Sequence record: MT682711.1
Direction: 5' to 3' (one strand)
From: Escherichia phage vB_EcoM_FB
DNA: 64,000 nucleotides
This document shows, piece after piece, positions 46,482 to 55,822 of the stretch; positions within the stretch are counted from its first letter, which is position 1, and the number at the start of each line of letters is the position of its first letter. The notes under the pieces were generated by a model, which saw only the letters and a program-made list of their open reading frames with translations, was not told the origin of the DNA and did not search any database. The translations under genes and the position numbers were made by a program.

Positions 46482-47384
46482 TTATTTTAGAGCTAATACT
46501 GCCGCGCGGAGCTTGTCACGCTGGAGTTCCATGTTCTTGATGCGAATCAATACGTCTTGGATACTCTTTTTCTCATCTTCGATCTGGCCGTTTAAACGGT
46601 GGATTGATTCCTGGAGGTGGTCCTCATGATACTTCTCGATAGGTTTCATCGTAGGGTTAGTAACAACCAAAGAATTATCAGGTTTAATTTTCCAATGATA
46701 CGGTTCAGAATTGAATGGACTCGGTACAGCCGTGGTTTTGAATCTGTCATAGGCTGCATACTGGCCTACGCTGTCACATGATACTGCAGAGATACGACGT
46801 TCCATTTGTGGTTCCTTTTGTTGGGATTGATAAGGGGCATAAGACAAAAGATATTCACGAGTTAGTTTAATATTAAAATAAACTGCATCAGCCCGCTCAA
46901 AACAATCAGCATATTCATCGGTTGTAACTTTATATGATTCTACTGCCTTAATACGGGTCATTGCCTCTCTGAATAAGGTTTCGAATGCTTCACGAAGGGC
47001 CTTATTACCTTTTGAGGTAGGACGGAAACGAACTTGAATACCGTCAGGCAGAATATTAATGACTAGGTTACGAGCCGTAAAATTAATATTCTTGATATTG
47101 ACAGGAACCGTAGAAATACGTCCTGCAGTAGCCAAGAGGTCTTTGATATTAGCTCGTAGTGTTGCACCAAACAGGTGGGCTGGGCTTCGGCAATAATCAT
47201 TTAAAGAACTAATATAAGTCCCTTTACGACCTACACCATAAGTATAATTACCATTACAAATATGGCCAAAGTCTGCCAGCCGATCGATAGCGATGCATTT
47301 AGTTATCTTAGAGTAAAGGAACGGCGAGCAAGAATATTCTTTACGTGTTTTAATGTTCATATCAAAGTCCAAATAATTTTTCAT
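46482..47384 (-). CDS. hypothetical protein
   Basis: 300 aa ORF. Confidence 0.6.
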   Translation of the reverse strand: MKNYLDFDMNIKTRKEYSCSPFLYSKITKCIAIDRLADFGHICNGNYTYGVGRKGTYISSLNDYCRSPAHLFGATLRANIKDLLATAGRISTVPVNIKNINFTARNLVINILPDGIQVRFRPTSKGNKALREAFETLFREAMTRIKAVESYKVTTDEYADCFERADAVYFNIKLTREYLLSYAPYQSQQKEPQMERRISAVSCDSVGQYAAYDRFKTTAVPSPFNSEPYHWKIKPDNSLVVTNPTMKPIEKYHEDHLQESIHRLNGQIEDEKKSIQDVLIRIKNMELQRDKLRAAVLALK

Positions 47385-47562
47385 AGAGTTTAGCTAAAGG
47401 CCAAGTCACAATAGAAACTATTCCAAATAAAGCAAGCACCGGCCAAATAAAGGTAGCGAATACTGCTTCGCCACCTGAGCTAATTTCCATATGTTTGCGG
47501 CCAATCAGAACAGTAATGAATCCTAATGCAAGGTACAGAAGAATAAAACCTGCGATTTCCAT
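47362..47562 (-). CDS. small membrane protein
   Basis: 66 aa, two hydrophobic segments. Confidence 0.5.
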   Translation of the reverse strand: MEIAGFILLYLALGFITVLIGRKHMEISSGGEAVFATFIWPVLALFGIVSIVTWPLAKLYEKLFGL

Positions 47563-47564
47563 AA

Positions 47565-48404
47565 TTAATCCTTAAGAAGATTTAGGATATCGATATATTT
47601 CTGGCGTTCAGCCTTGGCTTTAGCATTCAGACCAGAGAGTCGGAAAATCTCATCATCTTGTTGCTGAATTGTAACATTCAAGCAAGTAAGCAAATTGCTA
47701 AAATACTCGATTTGAGCTTGATGCTTCTCATTGCTGCGCACTGGTACAGGTTCCGGTTTAGGAGCTTCTGAATGACTCTTAACTTCATTACCTGGCTTAA
47801 CAAGTTTAATACGCCAGCCTGTACTGGTATTAACATTATCGAAGGTAAGAATACCGCTACGTTCGAGTTCAGACAAAGCCAATCGAAGATGGAATTTCCA
47901 GTTGTCGTATTGACAACCACTAAAAGTTGAAGTAAGATACTCGTTTTCGTTACCTGGTTGGTTGACAATATTAAAGATAATCCAATCACCTGAGCCATTA
48001 GTCTTAAATGGCATTTGCTTATCTTTACCTAAAGCTAGACGAGCACCTAGTGCTAGTAGACGTCGTTGGTTGGCATGAAGGTCTTGAACCACTTCGTCAA
48101 ATGACATCGCCGGGATTAAACGACCATAGAGGTCGTAGCCTTTGTTATAATTTTTAAGAATAATTTTGGCATTAGCACGAGACAACATACCTGTTTTACG
48201 AAGAGTTTTCATGACCCGGTCTTCTAAGGTAAACGACCTGGTCTTGTCAAAGATTTTAGTGAAGTCATCTTTAACAGTACAAACGTTGAACTTGTCCCAC
48301 ATCATATATAGAACCTTTTCAACCACTTCTTTAGAACTCGGAATACGACCAAATTTAATAACTTTTTTAACTTCAGAACGAATTTGATTAATTGCCTGTG
48401 ACAT
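47565..48404 (-). CDS. hypothetical protein
   Basis: 279 aa ORF; TGAGGAAATTATT SD. Confidence 0.6.
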   Translation of the reverse strand: MSQAINQIRSEVKKVIKFGRIPSSKEVVEKVLYMMWDKFNVCTVKDDFTKIFDKTRSFTLEDRVMKTLRKTGMLSRANAKIILKNYNKGYDLYGRLIPAMSFDEVVQDLHANQRRLLALGARLALGKDKQMPFKTNGSGDWIIFNIVNQPGNENEYLTSTFSGCQYDNWKFHLRLALSELERSGILTFDNVNTSTGWRIKLVKPGNEVKSHSEAPKPEPVPVRSNEKHQAQIEYFSNLLTCLNVTIQQQDDEIFRLSGLNAKAKAERQKYIDILNLLKD

Positions 48405-48467
48405 AATAATTTCCTCAGTAAGTAATTAAGAACCTAGAACCATTATACCATCCTTGGTATAAAGCGT

Positions 48468-48992
48468 TTATGCGAGAACCGTCTTTAAACGCTCTTCAAA
48501 TTTCTGAAGCAGAGCTTGGCGTTCAGCTCGTTGTGATTTGTACTGCTCGATACGACCTGAAGTGAGGGCGTACTGTTCGTTTACTGATTCCCGCATAAAT
48601 TCAGGAATTTCTTTACAAGCTTTGATTTCGACAAACTTGTCAATAACAGCTTGTTGTTCAGCAATCAGATTATCGAAATAAGAGATATCTGATTTAACGT
48701 TTGCCAGGTCAGATTCGGTAGGCATTAAACGTTTGTTACGTTCAGCTTGATAAGCTTGGTTGGTTTCACGACTCCAGTGAAGAGTACGTTTTTTGTTAGT
48801 ATTTTTATAGAGCTCTACAATACCTACTGAATCGATGATAACAATCCAGTTCCAACGGCTTTTGTAAATCTCTCCTCCAGATATGGTAATCTCATTTCCA
48901 CAAGCAGCATCGTTAAAGAACTTGCTTTGTTTTTCAGATTTGAAATTACCGTTATTAAAATTAATCAGTGAAAAAATATCTTTAGCGTTCAT
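48468..48992 (-). CDS. hypothetical protein
   Basis: 174 aa ORF; own promoter. Confidence 0.6.
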   Translation of the reverse strand: MNAKDIFSLINFNNGNFKSEKQSKFFNDAACGNEITISGGEIYKSRWNWIVIIDSVGIVELYKNTNKKRTLHWSRETNQAYQAERNKRLMPTESDLANVKSDISYFDNLIAEQQAVIDKFVEIKACKEIPEFMRESVNEQYALTSGRIEQYKSQRAERQALLQKFEERLKTVLA

Positions 48993-49004
48993 GTTAACCT
49001 CCAG

Positions 49005-49047
49005 TAGTTGATAGGTCTATAGTATCATTCCTACTGGAGATGTAAAC
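49005..49047 (-). promoter_or_regulatory. early promoter (GTTTAC, TACTAT) with anti-SD in spacer
   Basis: gtaaac 49042-49047; ctactggaga (49031-49040) complementary to SD region cctccagtag (48998-49007). Confidence 0.55.
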
Positions 49048-49049
49048 AA

Positions 49050-49391
49050 CTAATAGAAACTTTTTTCGCCGGCTTGTCCGCTAAACCAGGCTGATTGGGT
49101 ATTAGGTTTCCGTTGATGTTCAATACGGGTACGATATTCTTTTCTTATGGCACAGAGGTCATCCTGGAAGTCGCCTGCCAACTTTACCTGCTTACGGTCT
49201 AGATTTATTAAGGCCTGAGTCTTAGCTGCCAAGGCCAGTCTCTTGTAGTCTCCTTCTTCACAATCGGTTTTATAAACTCTATTAGCGTATCCTTCGATAA
49301 ATTCTTTATCATAGTCTTTGATAGACTGTTCCATGGCATTAGAGTACTTCAACTCTGCTTTTATAAGGTCATAACTAAATTGTTCAAACAT
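49050..49391 (-). CDS. hypothetical protein
   Basis: 113 aa ORF. Confidence 0.55.
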   Translation of the reverse strand: MFEQFSYDLIKAELKYSNAMEQSIKDYDKEFIEGYANRVYKTDCEEGDYKRLALAAKTQALINLDRKQVKLAGDFQDDLCAIRKEYRTRIEHQRKPNTQSAWFSGQAGEKSFY

Positions 49392-49400
49392 AATTTACCT

Positions 49401-50396
49401 TTATTTCAGAAGTGTAACTTCGGCAATTTCAGACCAATCATTAGAATCGGTAGCAATGAAATCAGCCAAATAGAGGGCGGTACGCAATGAAACATTACGC
49501 AAACGTGATACATTAGCCTTCATCCATGAGAGTGCCTGGTAAGTCTGAGCGTCAGTCAGACCACGTTTCTGCATCATATCTGTAGACAGAATAACATCTT
49601 CAACACGAACCATAATCTCTTCGTTAGAGTGAACGCCTAAGTCAAGATAAACGGAACGAGATACTAAAGCCTGAAGGTGTGGAGCAAGTTTAGTACCACG
49701 TTCTAATTCACGGTCAATATCAACGTTAGTGATGAATACGATGGTGCCTTCATACTCAAATTCTTTATCGATATTTTTATCATCAAGATAAGAACTTGAA
49801 GTGCTCCAGCATACCTTACGTTTCTCACCGGTGTCCAATGCCGCTTTCAGAAGGTTCAGGATATCCATATCAGAGAATACATCAACATCATCAATAAGAA
49901 GAACACTATTAGGGCCGCGGTTATTCCAAAGCTGCTCGTAAAGACCGATTCCACTAATCTTTCCGTTGATTGATTTATATTCGATAGTTTCATTTTCGTG
50001 GGCATTCTGTAATGCTTTATCCAATGAATATGTTTTACCAATACCTGCTGCACCAGAGATGATAAGGGAACGAATTTTACCATCGATGATTCCATTAGTC
50101 ATCATATTCATTACTTTAAAACGTTTGTTGATGCGGTGTTTCATTTCATCCTGGGATTCGGTTACGACTGCAGGGGTTTCAACACCTTCAGTCTCGATAT
50201 CAGATTTGAACACCCATACACCACGCTCTACGCCATCAATCTGAACAAAGACCTTACCATCGCCGAGGTGGGCTTCTGATTCATGAATTTTATTAGGGAA
50301 CCAGGTTTTACCTGAACTCATGAACGTACCAGAGATTTCATTACCGCGGTAGATGCCTTTGTTGATTTTGATAGTTAACATTTTATTATCCTTCAC
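49401..50396 (-). CDS. AAA-type ATPase
   Basis: 331 aa; Walker A GAAGIGKT, Walker B LLIDDVD. Confidence 0.6.
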   Translation of the reverse strand: MKDNKMLTIKINKGIYRGNEISGTFMSSGKTWFPNKIHESEAHLGDGKVFVQIDGVERGVWVFKSDIETEGVETPAVVTESQDEMKHRINKRFKVMNMMTNGIIDGKIRSLIISGAAGIGKTYSLDKALQNAHENETIEYKSINGKISGIGLYEQLWNNRGPNSVLLIDDVDVFSDMDILNLLKAALDTGEKRKVCWSTSSSYLDDKNIDKEFEYEGTIVFITNVDIDRELERGTKLAPHLQALVSRSVYLDLGVHSNEEIMVRVEDVILSTDMMQKRGLTDAQTYQALSWMKANVSRLRNVSLRTALYLADFIATDSNDWSEIAEVTLLK

Positions 50397-50411
50397 TCAT
50401 TTGTTTTGATA

Positions 50412-50445
50412 GGTCTATCTTAACACGTTTAATCAGGTTGTAAAC
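50412..50445 (-). promoter_or_regulatory. early promoter (GTTTAC, TTAAGAT, AGACCTATCAAAAC)
   Basis: gtaaac 50440-50445; rc 50417-50422 TAAGAT. Confidence 0.5.
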
Positions 50446-50463
50446 AATTTTTTGCACTAAACC

Positions 50464-50488
50464 CAAAAAAGGAACCCGAAGGTTCCTA
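50464..50488 (-). terminator. intrinsic terminator (UUCG hairpin plus U6)
   Basis: aggaacc-cgaa-ggttcct at 50470-50487, A6 at 50464-50470. Confidence 0.7.
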
Positions 50489-50681
50489 AATTGCACTCCA
50501 AAAATTATGGAATCTGATATAGTTTATAGCCAAGTTAACACAGCGTCTTATCTGCTTAGACGTGGGCTTACACACATACTTAAAATTGATTCGCCTACCG
50601 GTTTCTCTACAAACTACTTCAAGATACCAACGGCAGGTTTTATGAGGTCTTCCGTATGACAAGAAGACGTTGACTTCTTCT

Positions 50682-51692
50682 TTAGCGGTAATAAGCGTTG
50701 TGGTTGTCAAGGTATACCTCTTCGACAAATTTGTCCCAGAACTTCATATCTACCTTATCAGGCATACCGTTCTTGGCAGCCCAGACGGCATTGGTTTCGA
50801 CTTCATCGACGATTGCTTCAAGTTCAGCTTGTACATCTTTAAAAGCGTGTAGACCTTGTTTGATTTCAAGGATAAATGGAGCCGTACGTAAAGGATATTG
50901 AAGGTCACCGGTCATATAAATTTCCTTCAACTGGTATCCAGCACGATAAGCATGGCTCAGCGCTTTCCAGTCAATACCTTCGTTAGCTTCGGCCTTACGA
51001 GCGCGTTCACCATATTCGGCGTCCAGTTTATTCAGAGATTGCTTAAGCTCGATTAATGACAAAGTAGTTTGGTATTTGCGACCGAGAACAGTATAGAACG
51101 TCTGTGGACCAGTTTTCTCATGGTTATGGAATACCCATTCGCAGAATTCGTTCTCTGGGAGACGATGCTTAATATCTTCAACTTTAGTGCGACGTTGTTT
51201 AGTCGTACCATCTTCTTGGTAGTCAACCCACTGTTCAGGAATCTGGTTAACAATTGCCAGTACACCACGTAATGCAGCTAAACGAGAACCCTTAACACCA
51301 TACTTAGAAGCTTGCTTGCGGACGTACCCCAAATATGCTTTCATGTTAGTTGTATAAAACCGGGAACGGTTATCCTGGATAAACTTCCATACATCTGGTA
51401 AATCGGATTTGACTACCAGGTTAGCCGGAGTGTGAATCATGTCCAGAGCAACAGTTTCACCGTCAGCGGCCAGTTTAAAGAAATATTTCAGACTATAAAG
51501 TTCATGGTCAACATCGTCTTTAGTGTTTTTGGATGCCGTGTTATTCGTGTTCAAGTTGGTATGGTTCATGGCCGTACCTAACAGAATATTACGCGGATGT
51601 GGAACAAAGATTTCCTTAAAATCGACATCAGATTCCGGAGTACTTGTTCCATAAAGATGGCTACCGAAGTAGCCCTTCATAACTGTTCTCAT
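50682..51692 (-). CDS. polymerase-beta-superfamily nucleotidyltransferase-like protein
   Basis: 336 aa; N-terminal GSHLYGTSTPESDVDF (GS...DxD) signature. Confidence 0.5.
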   Translation of the reverse strand: MRTVMKGYFGSHLYGTSTPESDVDFKEIFVPHPRNILLGTAMNHTNLNTNNTASKNTKDDVDHELYSLKYFFKLAADGETVALDMIHTPANLVVKSDLPDVWKFIQDNRSRFYTTNMKAYLGYVRKQASKYGVKGSRLAALRGVLAIVNQIPEQWVDYQEDGTTKQRRTKVEDIKHRLPENEFCEWVFHNHEKTGPQTFYTVLGRKYQTTLSLIELKQSLNKLDAEYGERARKAEANEGIDWKALSHAYRAGYQLKEIYMTGDLQYPLRTAPFILEIKQGLHAFKDVQAELEAIVDEVETNAVWAAKNGMPDKVDMKFWDKFVEEVYLDNHNAYYR

Positions 51693-52141
51693 TTCTTCGC
51701 CTCAAAATGGATTACCGGACACATCTTAGATTTACGAGCTTTGATATATTGAATGAAAACGTTTTCTTTAGTTTCTCGGCCTTCACGCTCAGCTTTAATT
51801 CGTTCCCATTCTTTTTCTTCTTTACGTAAATCGTACCAGGACCAGAAATTCATTAGAGCATACACTAAACCAAATGCTACCGCCAGAATAAGGGCCATTG
51901 TAGCTAGTCCTAAAATAAACCCCAACCCTAAACCAACAGGAATACTTAATACAAAGAACTGGTCTAATACGCCAGCACCTGCAACAGTTAAGGCGAAGAT
52001 TGTACTACCTACAAGCACAGAACAAATAAAGCAGGCCCATACAATTTTCCAGAAGTAAGCACATAAAGAGTGTGGGCGAGAATAATGGCTATAAAAACGG
52101 TCGTGTAATTTAGTGTGCCAAGAGTTCGTATTGATAATCAT
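51689..52141 (-). CDS. membrane protein
   Basis: 150 aa, multiple hydrophobic segments. Confidence 0.55.
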   Translation of the reverse strand: MIINTNSWHTKLHDRFYSHYSRPHSLCAYFWKIVWACFICSVLVGSTIFALTVAGAGVLDQFFVLSIPVGLGLGFILGLATMALILAVAFGLVYALMNFWSWYDLRKEEKEWERIKAEREGRETKENVFIQYIKARKSKMCPVIHFEAKK

Positions 52142-52151
52142 AATATTTTCC

Positions 52152-52706
52152 TTAAGGGTTCATAGTTGGGATAATAGTGTTCAGGTATTTTACCAGAACT
52201 TTTAATTCGTCTTTAGTGAATACTACTTCAGCTTCACCATCGTGGGTCTGGATGATAGATAACATATCGCGACCTTGATATTGGTAGACACTGAATTCGG
52301 TATTATAATCGCCTTCTTCATCACCTTCAAAGGTTTCGCTTGAATGCATAATAGCATCACAACCAGGGATTTTCCACTCGAGCTCAGGTACACACTCTTC
52401 TTGGAAGAGTTTAAAAATTTTCTCTAAAAATTCTGAACGGTTTTTAATAGATAAACAAGCCCATTCGGTTTCCAGATTAAAGCCATTTTCACCTAGATAC
52501 AACCAGGCCACAACTTCATCGTTAATTTTAAAGACACGATTATGAGTTCGAATATACTGCTCTGCATCAATAACAGACAACTCGTACAGGTTCTGAATAT
52601 CTTGAATGGTCAAAACGACTGTATCATCTTCTTGTTTAAGCACGATTGCATTATCAATTACATCGGCAGTCAGGTCACCAAACAACCCAGATTTTTCAAT
52701 AATCAT
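52152..52706 (-). CDS. hypothetical protein
   Basis: 184 aa ORF. Confidence 0.55.
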   Translation of the reverse strand: MIIEKSGLFGDLTADVIDNAIVLKQEDDTVVLTIQDIQNLYELSVIDAEQYIRTHNRVFKINDEVVAWLYLGENGFNLETEWACLSIKNRSEFLEKIFKLFQEECVPELEWKIPGCDAIMHSSETFEGDEEGDYNTEFSVYQYQGRDMLSIIQTHDGEAEVVFTKDELKVLVKYLNTIIPTMNP

Positions 52707-52718
52707 TTTAATTTCCTC

Positions 52719-53009
52719 TTAACGGTTATGTTTTAAAATACTATAAAGAGCTTCTACTTGGCTTGCATCCAGGTAAATAACATCATCATCTTGCTCAATG
52801 GAAATACCACCAGTATTACCTGCAACAAAATTGCATTCGCACACTTCAACGGGACGGTATACGTCACCAACTGGATGCTCAGGCTCCAGAACAATCACAC
52901 CATTTTCAGAATTACCACTTGGGTCGTATAACATTACAGTTTCCTCGCTAACCATGAAAAGAATAAACCAATTAAAACAGGCCCTACAGCCATTATTAAC
53001 CAAGCCCAA
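52719..53009 (-). CDS. hypothetical protein
   Basis: 96 aa ORF. Confidence 0.45.
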   Translation of the reverse strand: MGLVNNGCRACFNWFILFMVSEETVMLYDPSGNSENGVIVLEPEHPVGDVYRPVEVCECNFVAGNTGGISIEQDDDVIYLDASQVEALYSILKHNR

Positions 53010-53025
53010 GGTTCAAGATAGTAAA

Positions 53026-53283
53026 TCATCTCATGCTCCTGTGCCAACAATTACGTGGCTCACGTTTAAAAATTTCATCATGCATTGATTGACAACCAAC
53101 ACAATATATCACACCCTTGATAGCTTTACGTCGTGCTTCAGGAATCTCTTCATCGCAATCAAAGCAATATTCAGCGGATTCACGTTCAATAGCCACTTGC
53201 TTACGAGCGTGTACAATAGCGGCTTGTACAACCGCTTCCATTTCGAGCTGTTCGGCTCCGTCCTTTGCAAAACCGACAGCCAT
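53026..53283 (-). CDS. TraR/DksA-family C4 zinc-finger protein
   Basis: 85 aa; CFDC-x17-CVGC with EIPEARRKAI between the Cys pairs. Confidence 0.6.
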   Translation of the reverse strand: MAVGFAKDGAEQLEMEAVVQAAIVHARKQVAIERESAEYCFDCDEEIPEARRKAIKGVIYCVGCQSMHDEIFKREPRNCWHRSMR

Positions 53284-53465
53284 TATGCTTTCAACTCATT
53301 AAGATACTCAACCAAGGCTGCTTTAGAGTTAGCCAAATCTCGTTTACATTGCTCTATTCCGGAATATGAATAGCCTTCACAATGTTCTACTGCAATATCA
53401 TAAGAATCACGTTCAATAGCAGTAGCGAGTTTAAGGATTTGTTCAATCTGTTCAGTAGTTAACAT
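53283..53465 (-). CDS. hypothetical protein
   Basis: 60 aa ORF. Confidence 0.45.
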   Translation of the reverse strand: MLTTEQIEQILKLATAIERDSYDIAVEHCEGYSYSGIEQCKRDLANSKAALVEYLNELKA

Positions 53466-53469
53466 ATTA

Positions 53470-53706
53470 TCACCAGTATTTGCTAATGGTAGAAATTAAT
53501 TCTTGGACCTGGGCTGTATTCAGTTTACATCCACAACCCTTTAATGTGTCTTTAAGGAGCCACGGTTCCTTGAGCTCGTCCTTTTCTAGACGAATTCTGT
53601 ATCCTCGATAATCGGCGAAGATACTTCGGTCGTCGAATATCTTAATCTCAAGGATACGACCGTTGATTTCATATTCTAACGAAACCGTAGTACTTGTAAG
53701 TTTCAT
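53470..53706 (-). CDS. hypothetical protein
   Basis: 78 aa ORF with own promoter. Confidence 0.5.
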   Translation of the reverse strand: MKLTSTTVSLEYEINGRILEIKIFDDRSIFADYRGYRIRLEKDELKEPWLLKDTLKGCGCKLNTAQVQELISTISKYW

Positions 53707-53725
53707 TCTGTTCTCCTCATTAGTT

Positions 53726-53763
53726 GATAGGTCTATAGTATCATGTTCCTAGAGGATGTAAAC
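53726..53763 (-). promoter_or_regulatory. early promoter (GTTTAC, TACTAT)
   Basis: gtaaac 53758-53763; atagta 53735-53740. Confidence 0.55.
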
Positions 53764-53771
53764 ACCTAAAC

Positions 53772-53801
53772 GAAAAAAGGTCCCACCGAAGTGAGACCTT
53801 T
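53772..53801 (-). terminator. intrinsic terminator (UUCG-type hairpin plus U tract)
   Basis: aaggtcccac-cgaa-gtgagacctt with A6 on plus flank. Confidence 0.6.
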
Positions 53802-53803
53802 GA

Positions 53804-54190
53804 TTATTCTAACGTTAGCAAATACTTGGTCTGGTAAAAGACACCAGTGATATCGTCCAAAGTCGACTGGATGGCCTTAGGAAGATTTTTGTAGATTTTA
53901 TCAGATGCTTTAATAAGTTCATCAAGAAAATCTATAGGGTCTTTAGGCAGTTCTGAAGCAGACGGCAGTGATGCTTTATATTCTTTGCCACTGAATCCAA
54001 GATATTGCTCACTAAATTGGTCCAGTGGTCCTTGAACTTCTACGTAATAGAAGTCATACGCTTTGTGTCTTGCATAGCTTTTGGTTTCTAAATGGGCTGA
54101 CTTAAAATAGGCTAAAGAAACCAACAGCCAGCCAATATAAGAATCTACTTCAGTCCCTCGACTAAGTACGAAATCATTGAATTTCATCAT
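53804..54190 (-). CDS. hypothetical protein
   Basis: 128 aa ORF. Confidence 0.55.
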   Translation of the reverse strand: MMKFNDFVLSRGTEVDSYIGWLLVSLAYFKSAHLETKSYARHKAYDFYYVEVQGPLDQFSEQYLGFSGKEYKASLPSASELPKDPIDFLDELIKASDKIYKNLPKAIQSTLDDITGVFYQTKYLLTLE

Positions 54191-54467
54191 CTACCTTCAT
54201 TAGTTTAACGTATCGTTCTCCGACCTCCCGACCTTCAATCGAGCAAGACACTATTGTATTGCAATTTGAAAGTTTCCAAGAAGCAGTTAAATAAGCCCAG
54301 TAGTCTTTAGAGGCCTTTACGCTAGGTTTACTCATTTGCGCATAAACTGGCATCGCACTACTAGCAAAGGCATCCATCAATTTAGGATCGGATTTGTTTG
54401 CTAGTGAAACTGTTGGGCTTAAACATCCGATCATAAGGATACAAGCCACTGTACGGAAAATACCCAT
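54174..54467 (-). CDS. secreted or periplasmic protein
   Basis: 97 aa with N-terminal signal peptide. Confidence 0.5.
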   Translation of the reverse strand: MGIFRTVACILMIGCLSPTVSLANKSDPKLMDAFASSAMPVYAQMSKPSVKASKDYWAYLTASWKLSNCNTIVSCSIEGREVGERYVKLMKVDDEIQ

Positions 54468-54556
54468 ACAAAAGTCCTTTGTTGTTTTATACTATTTGCC
54501 TTTCGGCCTTAACCGATAGCGATTACCAAAAGCTAAAGCTCTACGGTTAGTATTAT

Positions 54557-54564
54557 TATTTATA
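54557..54564 (-). promoter_or_regulatory. late promoter-like TATAAATA
   Basis: rc of tatttata at 54557-54564; about 90 nt from the next start, so weak. Confidence 0.3.
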
Positions 54565-54838
54565 GCTTTTTAAGCTTACGACAATAAGAATAGAACACGT
54601 CGTTAAAATTATATTCAACCCAATTCCTCTGTATAGGCGAGGTAATGGAAAGCATATAATGCGCTTTAATTAAATCCATCCCATTTTTATTAGGACATTC
54701 TTTATTATTAGCATTATACGTCGCTGCTACAACCTCTATCTCTCTTTTGTAAGCCACATCATCCATGATAGGCGAAAGAACAATATAAGAAATAGCCACA
54801 GCGAACGCTAGAATTAAAATCTTTGAATTTAGGTCCAT
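54560..54838 (-). CDS. membrane protein
   Basis: 92 aa with N-terminal hydrophobic segment. Confidence 0.5.
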   Translation of the reverse strand: MDLNSKILILAFAVAISYIVLSPIMDDVAYKREIEVVAATYNANNKECPNKNGMDLIKAHYMLSITSPIQRNWVEYNFNDVFYSYCRKLKKL

Positions 54839-54845
54839 AATACCC

Positions 54846-55418
54846 TCAACTCGTTATTTCTATCCAGTGCTTCCTGCACAATGACACGTAAGAATCGTTG
54901 CCACCTATAGAAACTTGGTCACCGTCCTTAATTGCGATACCATTTTGGATACGAGCTGTCATAGTAGCCTTACGTCCACAATGGCACACACCTTTGTACT
55001 CAACGAGTTTATCTGCTGTAGCCAATAATTCAGCAGAGCCAGGAAACAGTTTACCCTGAAAATCAGTTCTTAGACCGTAACACATGACCGGTATATTATA
55101 ATTATCTACTATCTTTGCCAATTGTTTTATTTGCAAAGGTTCTAAGAACTGTGCTTCATCCACAAACACGCAGTGGATATCTTTTTGAGATTCAGCCCAA
55201 CGATAGAACTCGTATAGGTCCATATCCGGAGTCACTGCATTAGCCTCTTGACTAATCCCTATACGAGACGAAATGGTATGGCTTGATTCTCTATTGTCTA
55301 TCGCAGGCTTTAAAAGGAGTACGCTCATACCTCGTTCTTTGTAGTTATGAGCGGCCGTTAGCAATGAAGCAGTCTTCCCGGAATTCATTGCCGCATAGTG
55401 AAAATAAAGTTGAGCCAT
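54846..55418 (-). CDS. tk: thymidine kinase
   Basis: 190 aa; P-loop AMNSGKT, Walker B FVDEAQF, zinc ribbon CHCG...C; T4 position. Confidence 0.85.
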   Translation of the reverse strand: MAQLYFHYAAMNSGKTASLLTAAHNYKERGMSVLLLKPAIDNRESSHTISSRIGISQEANAVTPDMDLYEFYRWAESQKDIHCVFVDEAQFLEPLQIKQLAKIVDNYNIPVMCYGLRTDFQGKLFPGSAELLATADKLVEYKGVCHCGRKATMTARIQNGIAIKDGDQVSIGGNDSYVSLCRKHWIEITS

Positions 55419-55427
55419 ATTACCTTC

Positions 55428-55634
55428 TTAAAGACTATTTACATAAGCAATTAATTCGTTTTCTTTCTCATCAAACCGACTGGCGAATTCTTCCTGGTGT
55501 TCGGCATCTATAGGGCCATATTCATCATAAAAAGAATTTGCTTCTGCATGCTCATCCAAAAGCTCATGGATAAGCTCAAATAATTTATCTTTCTGTTCTT
55601 TACTCAGACTCATAACCATTGCACCTTTAAGCAA
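55428..55634 (-). CDS. hypothetical acidic protein
   Basis: 68 aa ORF. Confidence 0.45.
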   Translation of the reverse strand: MLKGAMVMSLSKEQKDKLFELIHELLDEHAEANSFYDEYGPIDAEHQEEFASRFDEKENELIAYVNSL

Positions 55635-55822
55635 TATTCTTCTACATGCTGTTTACGTTTATTTTTATCTATAAAAGTATATTCAACATATTCGCCGATA
55701 TACCATTTATCGGTGTTGTGTTGACTTTTTATAGGGCATTTAGTTACTCGGGTTTCGGTCCAGCGTCGAATAATTTCCGCTTTGTTTTTAGGGTCAAACG
55801 GATGCGGGTAATGGGCTTTCAT
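55610..55822 (-). CDS. hypothetical protein
   Basis: 70 aa ORF. Confidence 0.45.
   Translation of the reverse strand: MKAHYPHPFDPKNKAEIIRRWTETRVTKCPIKSQHNTDKWYIGEYVEYTFIDKNKRKQHVEEYCLKVQWL

Noticed and set aside
50486-50728. 80 aa minus-strand ORF overlapping the end of the nucleotidyltransferase gene
   Set aside because: Overlaps the upstream gene by ~47 nt, has no internal start, and its 3' end runs into the terminator hairpin; probably not coding.
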